From Eledone cirrhosa (Eukaryota): a stretch of 64,000 bases of DNA. The notes under the pieces were generated by a model. The model made no database searches. It was given only the letters and a program-made list of their open reading frames with translations, and had not been told where the DNA came from. The position numbers and the translations under genes were made by a program. The stretch is taken from assembly GCA_964016885.1 (NCBI GenBank), contig OZ024741.1, positions 88,040,001 through 88,104,000 on the forward strand, in the 5' to 3' direction. Every line of letters starts with the position of its first letter. Position 1 is the first letter of the stretch. Below, piece by piece: positions 1 to 12,560 of the stretch.

Positions 1-2577
1 TTATCAAGTGGCTAAAGATTCTCTTATAAAATCGATTGCGAAGACTTTCTGATAGCCATCTCCTGTGTTTAGTAGCAGAAGGAGGTTACTATCTGGTGTC
101 ATAGAGACTGCCTCCAATTCAATTTCCAAAGTAGATTGATTGGTAAGCAAGTTTATAATTGTGGAAGGAAGAGATATTGAGTTACTATACAAAGGTTAGG
201 TATGATCTATCTTTTTCTTTCTCTCTTTCTTTCATGTGTAATGTATGTTTGTGTTTTTATGTATGTGATACGTGATTGTGGTGTATGTGTGGAATCTACT
301 AATGTATATGTCTTTGTGAAAGCTGTACCTAAGGCTTCATAGAGCTTGTATCATACCATGGTGACTAGTCTACTTCTACATCAACTAAATATAACACAAG
401 CTCTGTTTGAAGTGTCAGTTACTGCTTGCACACAAATATTCTTGTATAATAGTTAGTGTATGTTCCAGTTACTACAGGGACCCTTGCACTTCAAGTGGAC
501 AAAACAGCAACTTACCAACTCCATCGTTTCAACAGTCCTGTCTATCATTCCCTTTTTGTCTGTCTCTGACTGTCAGTCTCCACCTAATCTTTTGGGTGTT
601 TGCTACCTGTTGATGTTGTTTCTGCTTTATGTCTGAAATACCTAATGGCTATTCAATATCTTATTAATTTAGCTTTCCACTATGCAAAGTTCATTAAATG
701 CTTCGTTGATGTTCAGGGAGGGAGTGTCATTTTCTTTTACTTTATTAATTTTTGTTTTATTATTTTGAATAAAACCTGAAATAAGACAATGAATTTCGTT
801 TAAAAAATGTTATTTCCAATCATGATGTTATTTTTGTTTCTAAAAAAAAATACATTTCTACTATTAATCTACTAAAATTTTTTAAATCTTAAAATGTATC
901 TTTAAATTTGCCTCAACAGCACTACTCTTTCTAGCTCTATGTATCAGTTTTTTCTGTTTTGCACACATGCACACTGACATAAATTTTAAACATGATCACA
1001 AGTGTTTTTAATATTTAACTCTCTCCCTTCCTCTCTCTCTCTCTCTCTCTCCATTACGCTGTGTTTCTTTGCTCTTGCTGATGTAGCAGTCAGTTGTACA
1101 TTATGTCCTATCATTTCATTTCTCCAGACAGATCAATAAATCAAATCTATAACAGCTATTTTTTATCTTTCTTTCTTTCTAAATTTATTTATATCAATGT
1201 TTTCCATGCTTTTGTGTAGTTAAAAAATATTCTAAAATCCAAGCATTGGTTTCACCTTTTTGATATCATATTTCTAATGAAAGACAGCCTATGATTTTAG
1301 AATAATTTTGAGACATTTAGTAAGATAAGCAACATCATTATTGAGCAGGTGTTTCGAACATAAAAGATTTTTACAAAAATTATGCTTAGATAAATATAAA
1401 CACCTATCATAGAACCAAGGGCAGTTTCAAGCTGTTTGGTATCAAAAGGGGTATATTATTAAGAACTTCTGAAATACTTGATAACTCTTCAGAATTCCAT
1501 TTCTATCACACCAGTAAACTAGAAAGACATTCTAATTCTAAGAGTCATGTGCACGTTTTTGTCTAATTGATCATAACTATCTAATTAAAAGAGACTCATT
1601 AAGCTATGAGTGCTGGCAAAGTAAGTCCTAGACACTCATTTATGTGTTTATCAGAGTAGTGTGAAATCAATTTGATTCTTGAATTAGGATAGTTGCTTTA
1701 GGTGGTAAACTTATAGTGCAATAGTCACTAGAACTGGTAGACTAATGATTGGTATATTGGGATAGTCATCATTATCCCAATCATTGTATTGCTGACCCTC
1801 AGTAGTTTAAAATGGGCTTCAACTCTACACTACAGTTGAGGGGTTGGGATGAAGAACATCCAGCTGAGTAAATTATGCAAGAATGGATTTTTTTTTTTCA
1901 TTACTGTTTAATTAGGGAGAGAAGAGTAGTGTTAATGTCTCATTTCAGGACTTCCAAGACTGGAGGGAAGAAAGATAGCACCCAAACTGGAGATCTGATC
2001 TAAATGCTTACAATAAAGTGAACTTCTAAAGGTACATAAGGAGCAGGTGATGGTGTTAAATCAGGGTAGTTGCATTATCAAAAATTGGATTTGAAACAAC
2101 AGTTGAAGATGTTTGGACCTGTTAGAAAAGAAATGAGAAATTTTAGGCAAATGTATTGCAAGTGGATACTATGTTCTAGAATTCCTCTTCCTATTTGATT
2201 TTGATGTTAAATATTAGTTTTTAAAATTCAGCTGCAACTACAGAAAGATGAACCAGCAAGTGAGCCCTTCAAAGGGTTCTTATTTAAATGAAACCTTTCA
2301 GCATTTTATATAAAAACACTTTTGATATATATATACCTATAAAAGTGTATATATACGTATAGAAATGTATATACCTATAAAAGTGTATATATATAAATTA
2401 GTGAAGTCTGTGGAGTTATATTATAACTATATATATATATTAGTGAGATTTGTGGAGGTGTTATAATATAAACACCAGCACATGGAGGTGTCACCGTAAC
2501 TTAACTGTCGTTTAAGTAAATATTCATGACAAAATGAATGGAAATAAAGAGAATGTTTCAATCAAACGTTACTTTAC

Positions 2578-2725
2578 CTACGTAAAAATGGTAAAACCCG
2601 AGTTTTTAACGTTTTTTATTCAGCTTAGAAAATATCAACTTTTCCAGCGGCCATTTTAGCTTTACTAAACAGTTACTTCAATTACGCATGCTCAAAAGTG
2701 TGGTCTTCAAAGCGCATGCGCGAAG
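2578..2725 (-). promoter_or_regulatory. Putative housekeeping-type promoter and first exon of a leftward gene
   Basis: NRF1-type GCGCATGCGC 2712-2721, YY1 GCGGCCATTTT 2647-2657, minus-strand donor AG|GTAAAG at 2578/2577. Confidence 0.45.
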
Positions 2726-2744
2726 TGTGTGTATACATAAATGT

Positions 2745-3152
2745 ATATCATCATTTTACGTCCGCTTTTCCCTGCTTGCAACGGTGGGACGGGTCTTATT
2801 CAGCACAGCATCTCTCAACTGGTCACGGTCCTTCATCATCTCCACCGTGAGCTTCAATGATCAGAGGTCTGTTCTCACCACCTCCGCCCATGTTTTTCGT
2901 GGTCTTCCTTCAACTGGCACTTCTTCACCCATGTCCATACCACTTCAGTCTCCTCTCCCGTACACTACATTCTATCCCTCTCAACACATTTATGCTGGGT
3001 CGTTCACGCACATCCAACGGAGCATGCCTCATTTCTCTCCAGCCGTCGCATATCCTCTGCAGTTGCTGCCCATGTCTCACTACCATGCAGCATCGCGCTC
3101 CTTACACAGGCATCATACAACCGGCCTTTCGTACGCAGGGAGAAACCCTTCT
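2745..3152 (-). mobile_element. RTE LINE 3' fragment (short-tail subfamily)
   Basis: Minus strand encodes GFSLRTKGRLYDACVRSAMLHGSETWA...LKWYGH...RPRKTW and ends GGACGTAAAA(TGA)n. Confidence 0.85.
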
Positions 3153-3553
3153 TCGCCAAATTTTTCATTAATTAATTGAAATACGGTGTATTTAATTAGA
3201 TATGTGGTAACAAAAAGGCTAACACATGTTGCTATCTTTAAAAAATATATCTAAGACTTCATTGGATAATATATTATGCACAATACTAGAAAAAAGATGG
3301 GTCATGGAAGAAATGCTTTTGATGATAAATCTCTTCAGGGCTGGCTTAAGGCGAAATGACTCTTGTAAGACTCATCCGAAATGCAAAAGTCTGCCATTGT
3401 GCATCACACAGCTTGCTAGTCTCCCACCTCCCTAACTACAGATGGTCCCTGGCCAAGAGGATATGTGCAGAATCTCAACTCTTTTGATACCAACCTGTCT
3501 GAAAGTGACCCTGGTACTATGATAGAAAATTACTCACTTTGAAGTCTTCATAA

Positions 3554-4056
3554 TCTAAACTGTAATAAAGTAAGAAGCGCGGGACTACGATTTATAATTT
3601 GTTATCCCATTAGTAAAATAAGTTGGATTACTTTGAATAAATAATGAATGAATATTACATAATTTATCTACTAAATTTCGTGGCTGTTCATTAAATATAT
3701 TTTATTATTTATTTAAAGATTCACTTCTTTAAAATGTTCAAATATCAACACTTCCGGTGGCAATCACTTAAATAAACATTAATTTTCTCCTAATGCAGTT
3801 TATATATATATCTTTTTTTTAATGTATCATGGATTACGTTACTGATTACATAAGACAGTGTAACAACGTCTTCGTTCAATTTCTGTGTATATTGTCAATT
3901 ACGATTTTATTTGATGTATCATATCTACATGTATATTGTCAATTACGATTTTATTTGATGCATCATATCTACATGTATATATACTTTCGTATAATATCAA
4001 TATACACACTACACATGCTAGCAGAAAAACCACCCAAAGGGTGGTTTTTCTGCAAG
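3554..4056 (+). mobile_element. Non-autonomous Helitron-like element inserted into a MITE-like repeat
   Basis: A|TC 5' end; perfect 15-bp hairpin 4021-4053 then CAAG|T; no TSD; joined flanks (cataa|ttttat) restore the host repeat; internal 44-bp tandem duplication about 3887-3978. Confidence 0.6.
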
Positions 4057-4179
4057 TTTTATTAATGAAATTATGGTCATTTTCAAAATAAATTAAAACA
4101 CTGTTTTTTTTCATTAAAATAGAGTAACAAAAGGGTTAGCTAAGATTGCTAATTGTATAGAGAAATATTCCACATTTGT

Positions 4180-4790
4180 TACCTGCTTTACACTCAACAA
4201 AGTTTTCTTCCACTCTACTTACACAATACTTTCAGTGCATAGACACACCTATGGTGACTTCAAACTAGCAAAGCCACCTGACAATATCCTTCCTATTATC
4301 CTCAAACTGGGCACATAAATCTTCATTCTTACTCTGTTCTAAGGATCTATCCCAATTGTTGGAAACATGTTAATATGTCCCATCTCCAAACACGAGTAAC
4401 TACTCACATCATCACAAAGGTGATGAGGAAACAACTTTAATTTCTCTCCTTCAGAGCTAAATCTAATGGTGACCTATTCTATATCACTCCTATGTCCTAC
4501 ATGTAAGAGCTATACCATTGTACTTAAGAGGAACAATGCCTTTGACCATGTCTGGCACGAGAATTTTCATGCTGCCAATATATTGGCTTCATCTGGTTCT
4601 TATCTCAAGTGGAAGCCTCCTATCAGATAATAGATTGCTCTGACAAGATTCTCTACTCCACACTCAACTGAACGTTGGAGCATCCTACAGTTAACAATGT
4701 TCACACCTATACAGATAATACCACTCTTTACTAAGTAACCCTCAGCACCAGTCATCCTATACATGTAACATAGACAACTTGTGTGTTGAC
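4180..4790 (+). mobile_element. Highly decayed CR1/Jockey-type LINE RT fragment
   Basis: Residual peptides across frameshifts and stops: WKHVNICPISK, ITKVM, AFDHVWH. Confidence 0.45.
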
Positions 4791-4813
4791 TCCAGAGCTA
4801 AAAGATCTCTTAA

Positions 4814-4990
4814 CCCTTTATCATTTAAACCAGCCATATCCAGCCAAAATTCTCTTGCCTCTTTCTGTTCAAACTGACCCATAACTAACTGCACATACTG
4901 ACGTTAAGGTATTGTTCTCAAAATATTCAATATTGTGTAAGATAGATTCTTTACCACAAAAATATATAGAGTAATGTAAATGCTAAAGGG
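4814..4990. mobile_element. TTAA-flanked MITE (piggyBac-like, family A)
   Basis: TTAA|CCCTTTATCATTTA...TAAATGCTAAAGGG|TTAA; related copies at about 10053-10236, 19460-19601, 29913-30108 and 36858-37069. Confidence 0.75.
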
Positions 4991-5844
4991 TTAAACATCC
5001 TACAATGATGTTATGAACAATTAAGTCAAGGTGTGTCAAAACGCTTTGTGAGTGTGCTCATGAATTTTTGAACAGAAGATAATCATCTAAAATATCCTTG
5101 TAGTTAGAATGTTGGTCTTACAATCATAATGCTGTGGGTCCTATTCCCAGATCAGGTGGTGCATTGGGTTCTTGAACAGTACACTCAGCTGAAAATGTGT
5201 ACCAGCAATAGCTGGGGGTTTTATGAAGATGTCGAAAAGCATTCTAAGAGAATATAGTGTTAATTGCAGAAAATGCAAAGATTAAAGTGACACATGCTGC
5301 TGAATTGAGCTGATAGTTACTTTTTGTTAAACATTTCTATTGTCATTCTTTGTTTTCTTTTTAATCCTGTCATTACGATTTCTAATGAAATAAATTACCT
5401 GTGACTTTCAAAAATTTTGAAAATCAATCAAAACTTTGGAGAGATTATGAAGCTGGTGTTTGGAATATAACTTAACAAAAGTTCTTACATAAAATTATGA
5501 TGGACGGTTTCAAGCAGTTTTGTTTTAAATCACTAACAGACCTCAATGTGGCATGGTTTTGCCACTACTAGTTATTGTTCATGTTACAGAAACTATCTTG
5601 CACCTCATCCTCTCATCATAATTGTCATTTTTGCATCTGCTTTCCATGCTGTCATGGTCAGAGATCAAATCAGGCTGGAAGCCTCATTTTGTTTACACAT
5701 TTCATATTTGTCACAGCTATAAGGTCAGGGGACTGATTTGCTCACACAGAACTGATTTTGGCTTGGTTTCTATAGCTGGATGCCCTTCCTAACACCAACC
5801 ACATTAGGAAGGGCATCCAGCTTTACTGGTATTATATTTTATAA

Positions 5845-8800
5845 TCTATATATCTAAAACAGAGAATGTCTGACTCCCTAAAACTCGAGAACCACCCAAC
5901 CGATTGTTTTCAAACTTTACACGTGTAATACTTGTGGTCCTGTGAGTGTTTTGAGCCAAAAAATTTCAAATTTTCTATGTCCGAGGGACCGCATTACGCG
6001 ATTTAGCGATCTCTCTCTATAATTCTTAGTCTTTCTTTTTAGATAGATACATAGATATAACGTTGCGCCCTTATAATATCTGTCTGTATGTCTGGCTGTC
6101 TACATTACGAAATTATGACGCTATATATGTATATATATATATATAAGGCGATAGAACTAAGCACCCATGTGAAGCGCCAATCCAGAGAGAGAAAGCACAC
6201 TCACACCCCTGCAAAAATCGACCCTTCCCTACGAGTGTCGACAAATGTCCAAAGCTTCGAGTTGGTACCATCAATGTAAGCACAATGAAAGGAAGAGGAG
6301 AAATCGTAGAAATGCTAGAGCGAAAGGAAATTGATGTATGCTGTGCAAGAGACTAGAGGGAGAGGAGAGTCTGCTAGAGTCCTTGTAGGAAAAAGTCGGT
6401 GCTACAAATTTTTCTGGGTGGGAAATGACGATGGGATGGGTGGTGTAGGTATACTACTAGCTGACAAGTGGGTAGATAAAGTAATCTCAGTGTACAGGGT
6501 AAATGCAAGAATCATTAAACTCAGACTAGTCCTGAATAAAACAATTACCACAATAATATCAGCTTACGCACCCTAATCGTGGTTGCCAGACAAACTTAAG
6601 GATAGGTTTTACGAATCCCTAATGCACACTACTGCTCTAACAAATGACAATGACTTCCTAATCATCGCAGGAGATTTTAACGGACACGTAGGTAAACACT
6701 GCAATGGCTTCAATAGAGGCCATGGGGTTGGCACAAGAAATGAGGAAGGATTCAGACTTCTAGAATTCTGCGACGCCAATGACATGTCGATATGTAACAC
6801 AAACTTCAAAATACCCGACAACCACCTGATTACCTATAGATCAGGGGAGCATACTAGTCAGATAGATTTTATCCTCATCAGAGGACGTGACAGATGGACG
6901 GTCGTAAACACAAAAGCCTACCCTAGTGAGGAATGTTTAGTTGTCAGCGACCTTACAGTCAGAACTAGACGAACCTGGAAACAGAGGCCAACCTGGAGAA
7001 GAAAGATCTGGAAGCTGAAAGACCCCTCAACCAGTAACAGATTTAAAGATATTTTACTCAACGCCTACAACAGTAAAGAAGAACAGATAGAGACATTCAA
7101 TGTAGAAGAGCACTGGGAGTTCCTAAAAAATAACTTACTAGAGGCGACGGATGAGGTCTGTGGCTGGAGTAAGACCTCAAGCAGGAGGAGAGTGACTTGG
7201 TGGTGGTGGAACAATAAGGTAGATGAGGCAGTTAAGGCCAAGAGACAAGCATGGAAAGAATGGAAGAACGGGCGAGCAGGGTACATTACATAGAGACCAA
7301 GAGGGAAGCAGAGGATAGAAAATTCAAGCATGTTTTGCAACAGGAGGTGTTCAAGATTGCGAGGCAGTGTGTCAGAGAGAATTGTGATGTCATTGGAGAG
7401 AAGTGTATCCGGAATGATAAAGGTGAGCTTGCTCTCACAAGTGCTGAGAAGAAAGATGCATGGAAGAGTCATTATGATAGATTACTAAATGAGGAGAATG
7501 CATGGGAAGAAGAGACCCTACCCCAAGTAGACCCTATAGAGGGGCCAACAGTACAAGTCAGCAGCAGCATAGTAAGTAAGGCAATCAAAGATATGAAGAT
7601 GGGGAAGGCAACCGGTCCATCGGGTATAGCTGCCGAGATGCTGAAGGCATCTGGGTCTGTAGGTCACACTATAACCACACGTATTGTTAACCAGGTAATA
7701 CTAGAAGGTGTCATATCAAAAGATTGGTGCAGTAGCATCATTGTCAACTGCTACAAAGGTAAAGGTGATGCACTAGATAGAGGAAACTATAGAGGTATAA
7801 AGCTGATGGACCAGGTCATGAAAGTAACAGAAAGAGTTATAGCACAGTTGATTAGGGACCGGGTGAAACTAGATGAGATGCAATTTGGGTTTGTACCAGG
7901 AAGAGGCACCACTGATGCCCTCTTCCTTGTGAGGCAGTTACAGGAAAAGTACCTAGCTAAAAGTAAGCCACTCTACCTGGCATTCGTCGATCTTGAGAAA
8001 GCCTTTGACAGAGTTCCACGTGCTATAATCTGGTGGGCTCTTAGAAAACTAGGAGTAGATGAATGGCTTGTGAAAGCGGTACAAGCCATGTATAGGGGAG
8101 CTGTCAGCAAAGTTAGGATTAGCAATGAGTATAGCGAGGAATTTAGCGTATAGGCTGGGGTCCACCAGGGCTCTGTTCTTAGCCTCCTCTTGTTCATCAT
8201 AGTCTTGCAAGCAATAACGGAGGAGTTTAAGAACGGATGCCCATGGGAACTCCTGTATGCTGATGACCTCGCACTTATAGCTGAATCTATGGTAGAACTA
8301 GAGAAAAAATTCCAAACTTGGAAGCAGGGACTAGAAAAAAAGGGTCTCAAAGTCAACATGACAAAGACTAAGGTCCTTGTAAGTACACGAGAAGACAGAA
8401 CCCAGATCCTCTCAGGGAAATGGCCTTGCTCAGTATATAGGAAAGGTGTAGGTAGGAACTCCATTCTCTGCCCCAAATGCAAACAATGGATACACAAGAG
8501 ATGTAGCGGGATCTCAGGAAGCTTAATTAAGAATGTAGGCTTCACATGCAGCAGCTGTGCTGGGACAGCAAGCAGCAAACAGCCACAGGAAACAAGTACC
8601 TCCAATCTCTGGGAGGGCTCTGTAGAAACAGTAGACAGCTTTTGCTACCTAGGTGACTGAATTAGCAGCGAAGGTGGGTGTTCAGAAGGTACAATAACTA
8701 GGGTAAGAACGGGATGGAAGAAGTTTAGGGAACTACTACCACTGCTAGCTGCAAAAGGCTTCTCCCTCAAAATGAAAGGCAGACTGTATGATGTGTGTAT

Positions 8801-9798
8801 CCGAACAGCGATGTTGCATGGTAGTGAGACCTGGGCGCTGAAGGTGGAAGACTTACGTAGATTAGAGAGAAACGAAGCCTGCATGCTCCGATGGATGTGT
8901 AATAGTAATATACGCGAACAACAAAGCATAAATGAATTGAGAGAGAGACTGAGCATAAGAGGAATCAAATGATGTATGCAGGAGAGGCGGTTGCGTTGGT
9001 ATGGACATGTGATGCGTATGAAGGATGACAGCTGCATAAAAAGGTGCAGAGCACTAGAAGTCGATGGAAACCGCGGAGTGGGGAGACCCAAGATGACCTG
9101 GGATGAGGTGATAAAAGCCGACCTTACCCAATTACACCTCTCAAAGGCGATGACACACGACCGTGACCTCTGGCGTCACGCAGTAATACAGAGTACCCGA
9201 CCTCCCATGGGTACAAGCTAAAGCATATAGACAATATGCCCCCACACCCCCCACTGCAAGGTGGTCGTGGAGGTGCCACGGCAAAAAAGCACCCAGCCCA
9301 CACTGTAAAGTGGACGTGTAGGCGCCACGAAAAAGCACCCAGCACTCACTGTAAATGAGGTTGGTGTTAGGAAGGGCATCCAGCTGTAGAAATCAAGCCA
9401 AATCAGTTCCTGTATGAGCAAGGCATGGGTAGCCGACCAGACACTGCCCACAACAGGACAACCTGTCTAACCCATGCTAGTGTGGAAGAACAGACGTAAA
9501 ACGGTGATGATAATGATGATATAGTGTGTGTAACGTTTTTCGAAATATTTACTTCTGCGTTCACAGATTGATACTTTTAGTTTCAGAAGATCCCGTTAAG
9601 GGTGAAAGCAGCGATTCTTTGCATAAACTTTAATCTGTTATTTTAATATTTATATATTCATGTACAGATATTTTTGCATACACAATAACAAAATATAAAC
9701 AAATGTATTTATTTCACGAGGCTCAATAAGGATAAATATATATCAAATATATAAGAACCCTAGAACAAATCCCGAGCAACGCCGGGCCATTCTGCTAG
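5845..9798 (+). mobile_element. Non-autonomous Helitron hosting a nested RTE LINE
   Basis: A|TCTATATATCTAAAA 5' end; subterminal hairpin CCCGAGCAACGCCGGG 9771-9786; CTAG|T 3' end; no TSD. Confidence 0.75.
6144..9520 (+). mobile_element. Near-full-length decayed RTE-clade LINE (APE endonuclease, RT with internal PHD-like finger, repeat-containing 3' UTR)
   Basis: APE motifs LRVGTINV, AVQET, AYAP, GDFNGHVG, SQIDFI; RT motifs NYRGIKL, QFGFVPG, FVDLEKAFDRV, HQGSVLS, LLYADDL, LRWYGHV; several stops and frameshifts; (GAT)n tail; 5' end in (TA)n. Confidence 0.95.
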
Positions 9799-11970
9799 TT
9801 CTTTCTAAAATTGGCACAAAAGAGAAAAGTTGATTATATTGACTCCAGTGATTGACCGACACTATTTTGTCAACCTCAGAAATTAAGGGAGCTAAGCATT
9901 TGTATGATGCTGTACGATGTTAAAACACTTCAATGATTTTGATTCTTGTCAGTTATTAAGCTATAATTAACTGATGTTCATATAGCAAGATATTTAGTCG
10001 TCAGAAAAGATGCTGAACCATTGTCCATCTTCAATACTACATATCATCTTAACCCTTTAGCATATAAACCAGCCATATCCGACCAGAATTCTCACACCTC
10101 TTTCTGTCTAAACCGGCTGCTCATACTGATGTTAAGGTATTGTTCTCAAAATAAATAATATCTCATAGATTCAATATTATATGAGGTTACGTGTTTACTG
10201 TAAAAATATAATAGTAAATATAGAGTAATTTAAAGTTAAGAAATCCATGGGAATAAGAAATTTTTCTGAATAATCATTGTTAAAACCAAGAATTATAAGT
10301 TTTCTGCTTTTTTCTTTTGTGACCAAGGAATCTCTGGGCAGAAGTAACCAGTGGATCTCAAAACAGTGAACCTGTCAGAAGAGGTGACAAGAAACAGTAC
10401 AATGTAAACAGTCTTGCCTATTTCGATTGGGTACTCAAAATACTAACAAACCTACTGTTATATAAAAACAGTCCTGCCCTTAATCACATGGACGTCACAA
10501 GCCACAGCCATTCTGTGTAGAGCACCAACTGGATAAAAACTGTATCTGGTTTAGAATAGGTACACCGTGTCCCTGCATGTCAGGAAGGTATCCAACTGTA
10601 AAACATCTCAAGGAAATCTCAACAACAAAAAAACCTGATGATACTGGGTTTAAGGGACTCTAAGTCTAGCTTTAATGCTTCTAACATGATAAAATAAACC
10701 CTGTCCATGACTTATCTCAAATGCTTGTAAGAGTACTCAACTAAAGATACTCAGGGCCATGTGGTGATATGTCAAATGGGTGATGGATGAAAACATACAG
10801 CTCTAAAAACACACCCAGTTTCTTGTTGGTAGGTGTTAGATGATGAAGGACTGCAACTAGACTTGCCTAGTGTATGCCATAGCCAGCATGGAAAACAGAT
10901 GTAAAATGACATTGATTAGTAATATTTCAGAAATTTGAATTATTCTGAAAATAGCCATGGTACATTTGTCCTTCAAAAGCCAAATAAATTAATTTATATA
11001 AACATGATGGCCTAAATGTAATGAAGATACTAAACATTTCATAAAATCAGGCTCATCAGGTGTTTAGACTATATCTACTATTCCTTTAAAAACACATAAG
11101 CCTTTTGTTACCATATTTCAATGATTTTCAAATAATTTTTTAAATAATCATGCATTAGAAGTAATTTAGTAATATAACTAAATTTGGAACACAATGTGCA
11201 GCGACTCGTTCTCTGCCTCCAACCTTGTTGCTTCAGCCACATACCTGAGCTCTGCTGTCTGCAATGCAGAGGAGGGGAAGTTAGTCAAATACTGGGGCCT
11301 GACCAACTGCTTCCTCTCTACACCGGTCCATCGAGACAGCTGGTGTCCTCAGTCCCTGCACTGTTAATTTCCTCTATAAAGTTGGAAAGATGGCAGCCCG
11401 CTTAAGGAGGGAACCCTGTGAGGTAGGTTGGCTGTCTCTGGCCACTCTTTGTGATGATTTTGCCGTGACTGTCCCTCCTCTCCCTTTCTTTGATCCTTCT
11501 CTTTTCTGTTCCCTTAAGTAGTTTTGTTTTTATTAGATACCATTTTCTGAATTTCTTAATAAGTTTGACCTTTCAATGAATAAATGCCATTTATGTTAGT
11601 TTGAAAAAACAAACGTTCTCATTAAGCTTATGTTTGAAACTTAAGAAAGGCTCTTACAAAAAATTATGATGGAAGGTATTGATAATTTTGGCAGATTGCA
11701 CCATGTAGCACTCACTGACCCACACATGCATGATGTTGCTGTTGCACATAAGAACCTTAGACTGCATCCATGAAAAAGCCATTCAACTGATTAGCATAGC
11801 CCAATCATCAAAGGTGTTCTAACAATGAGCATCCTCTGTATTTATATGATTATATCAATCAATCTAGAAAACTGTCAATACTTAGAAACTATCATATTAG
11901 GTACAGCAGCTGGTAGAATATATTTTGCGAGTCAACCATATATTTTCCCCAGAACAATATAAGCAGTTAC

Positions 11971-12152
11971 TGGTGAATTGGCAGTATCGGTAGAGGGTCG
12001 GACGCCATGCTTTCCAACATAGTTACGTCCCTTTACGGTCTGAGTTCAAATCCTGTCGAGGTTAACTTTGCCTTTCATCCTTACCGGGTCGATAAAATAA
12101 AGTACCAGTAATGAACTGTGTAATTGCTGGCCTTGTGCCAAAAGTAGAAACA
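11971..12152 (+). mobile_element. tRNA-derived SINE, family 2
   Basis: A-box TGGCAGTATCGG, B-box GAGTTCAAATCC, body AACTTTGCCTTTCATCC...ATAAAGTACCAG shared by many copies in the window. Confidence 0.75.
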
Positions 12153-12320
12153 ATAATTTGTCTATATACTTAGATATAGTGAAAGTGACTGCCTATTTAT
12201 GTTGAGCATGGCTATAACTATTGGACTGACAACCCCTTTTGATCACCTATCACAATTGTCTATAATTTATAAATCAGCATTTCGCAAGGAATGGAGTATT
12301 CATCAGTCATTATATATATA

Positions 12321-12478
12321 GGCGGTGGATTGGCAGTATTGGTAGAGGGTCGAACGCCATGCTTTGACGCATAGAGTTACGGCCCTTGCCATTCTCAGTT
12401 CAAATCCCGTTGAAGTTAACTTTGCCTTTCATCCTTATGGGGTCGTTAAATAAAGTACCAGTAATGCACTGGGAAACA
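12321..12478 (+). mobile_element. tRNA-derived SINE, family 2
   Basis: Same head and body as 11971 and 13413; begins directly after (TA)n. Confidence 0.75.
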
Positions 12479-12560
12479 ATTATATATATAGAGAGAGTTT
12501 AGGTTAATCAATAAAAACCTAAATGTGAAACCTTGTTTTGTTCTTGATATGCTACAGCAT

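Noticed and set aside
4-192. 62-aa minus-strand ORF at the window edge
   Set aside because: Non-ATG start, no polypyrimidine acceptor and no recognisable motif; cannot be supported as an exon
2688-3179. 163-aa plus-strand ORF
   Set aside because: Antisense to an RTE RT fragment
4021-4061. Rho-independent terminator (hairpin plus T run)
   Set aside because: Eukaryotic DNA; better explained as a Helitron-like 3' end
6144-9221. Active autonomous LINE
   Set aside because: In-frame stops near 6574, 8151, 8658 and 8970 and frameshifts make this copy non-functional
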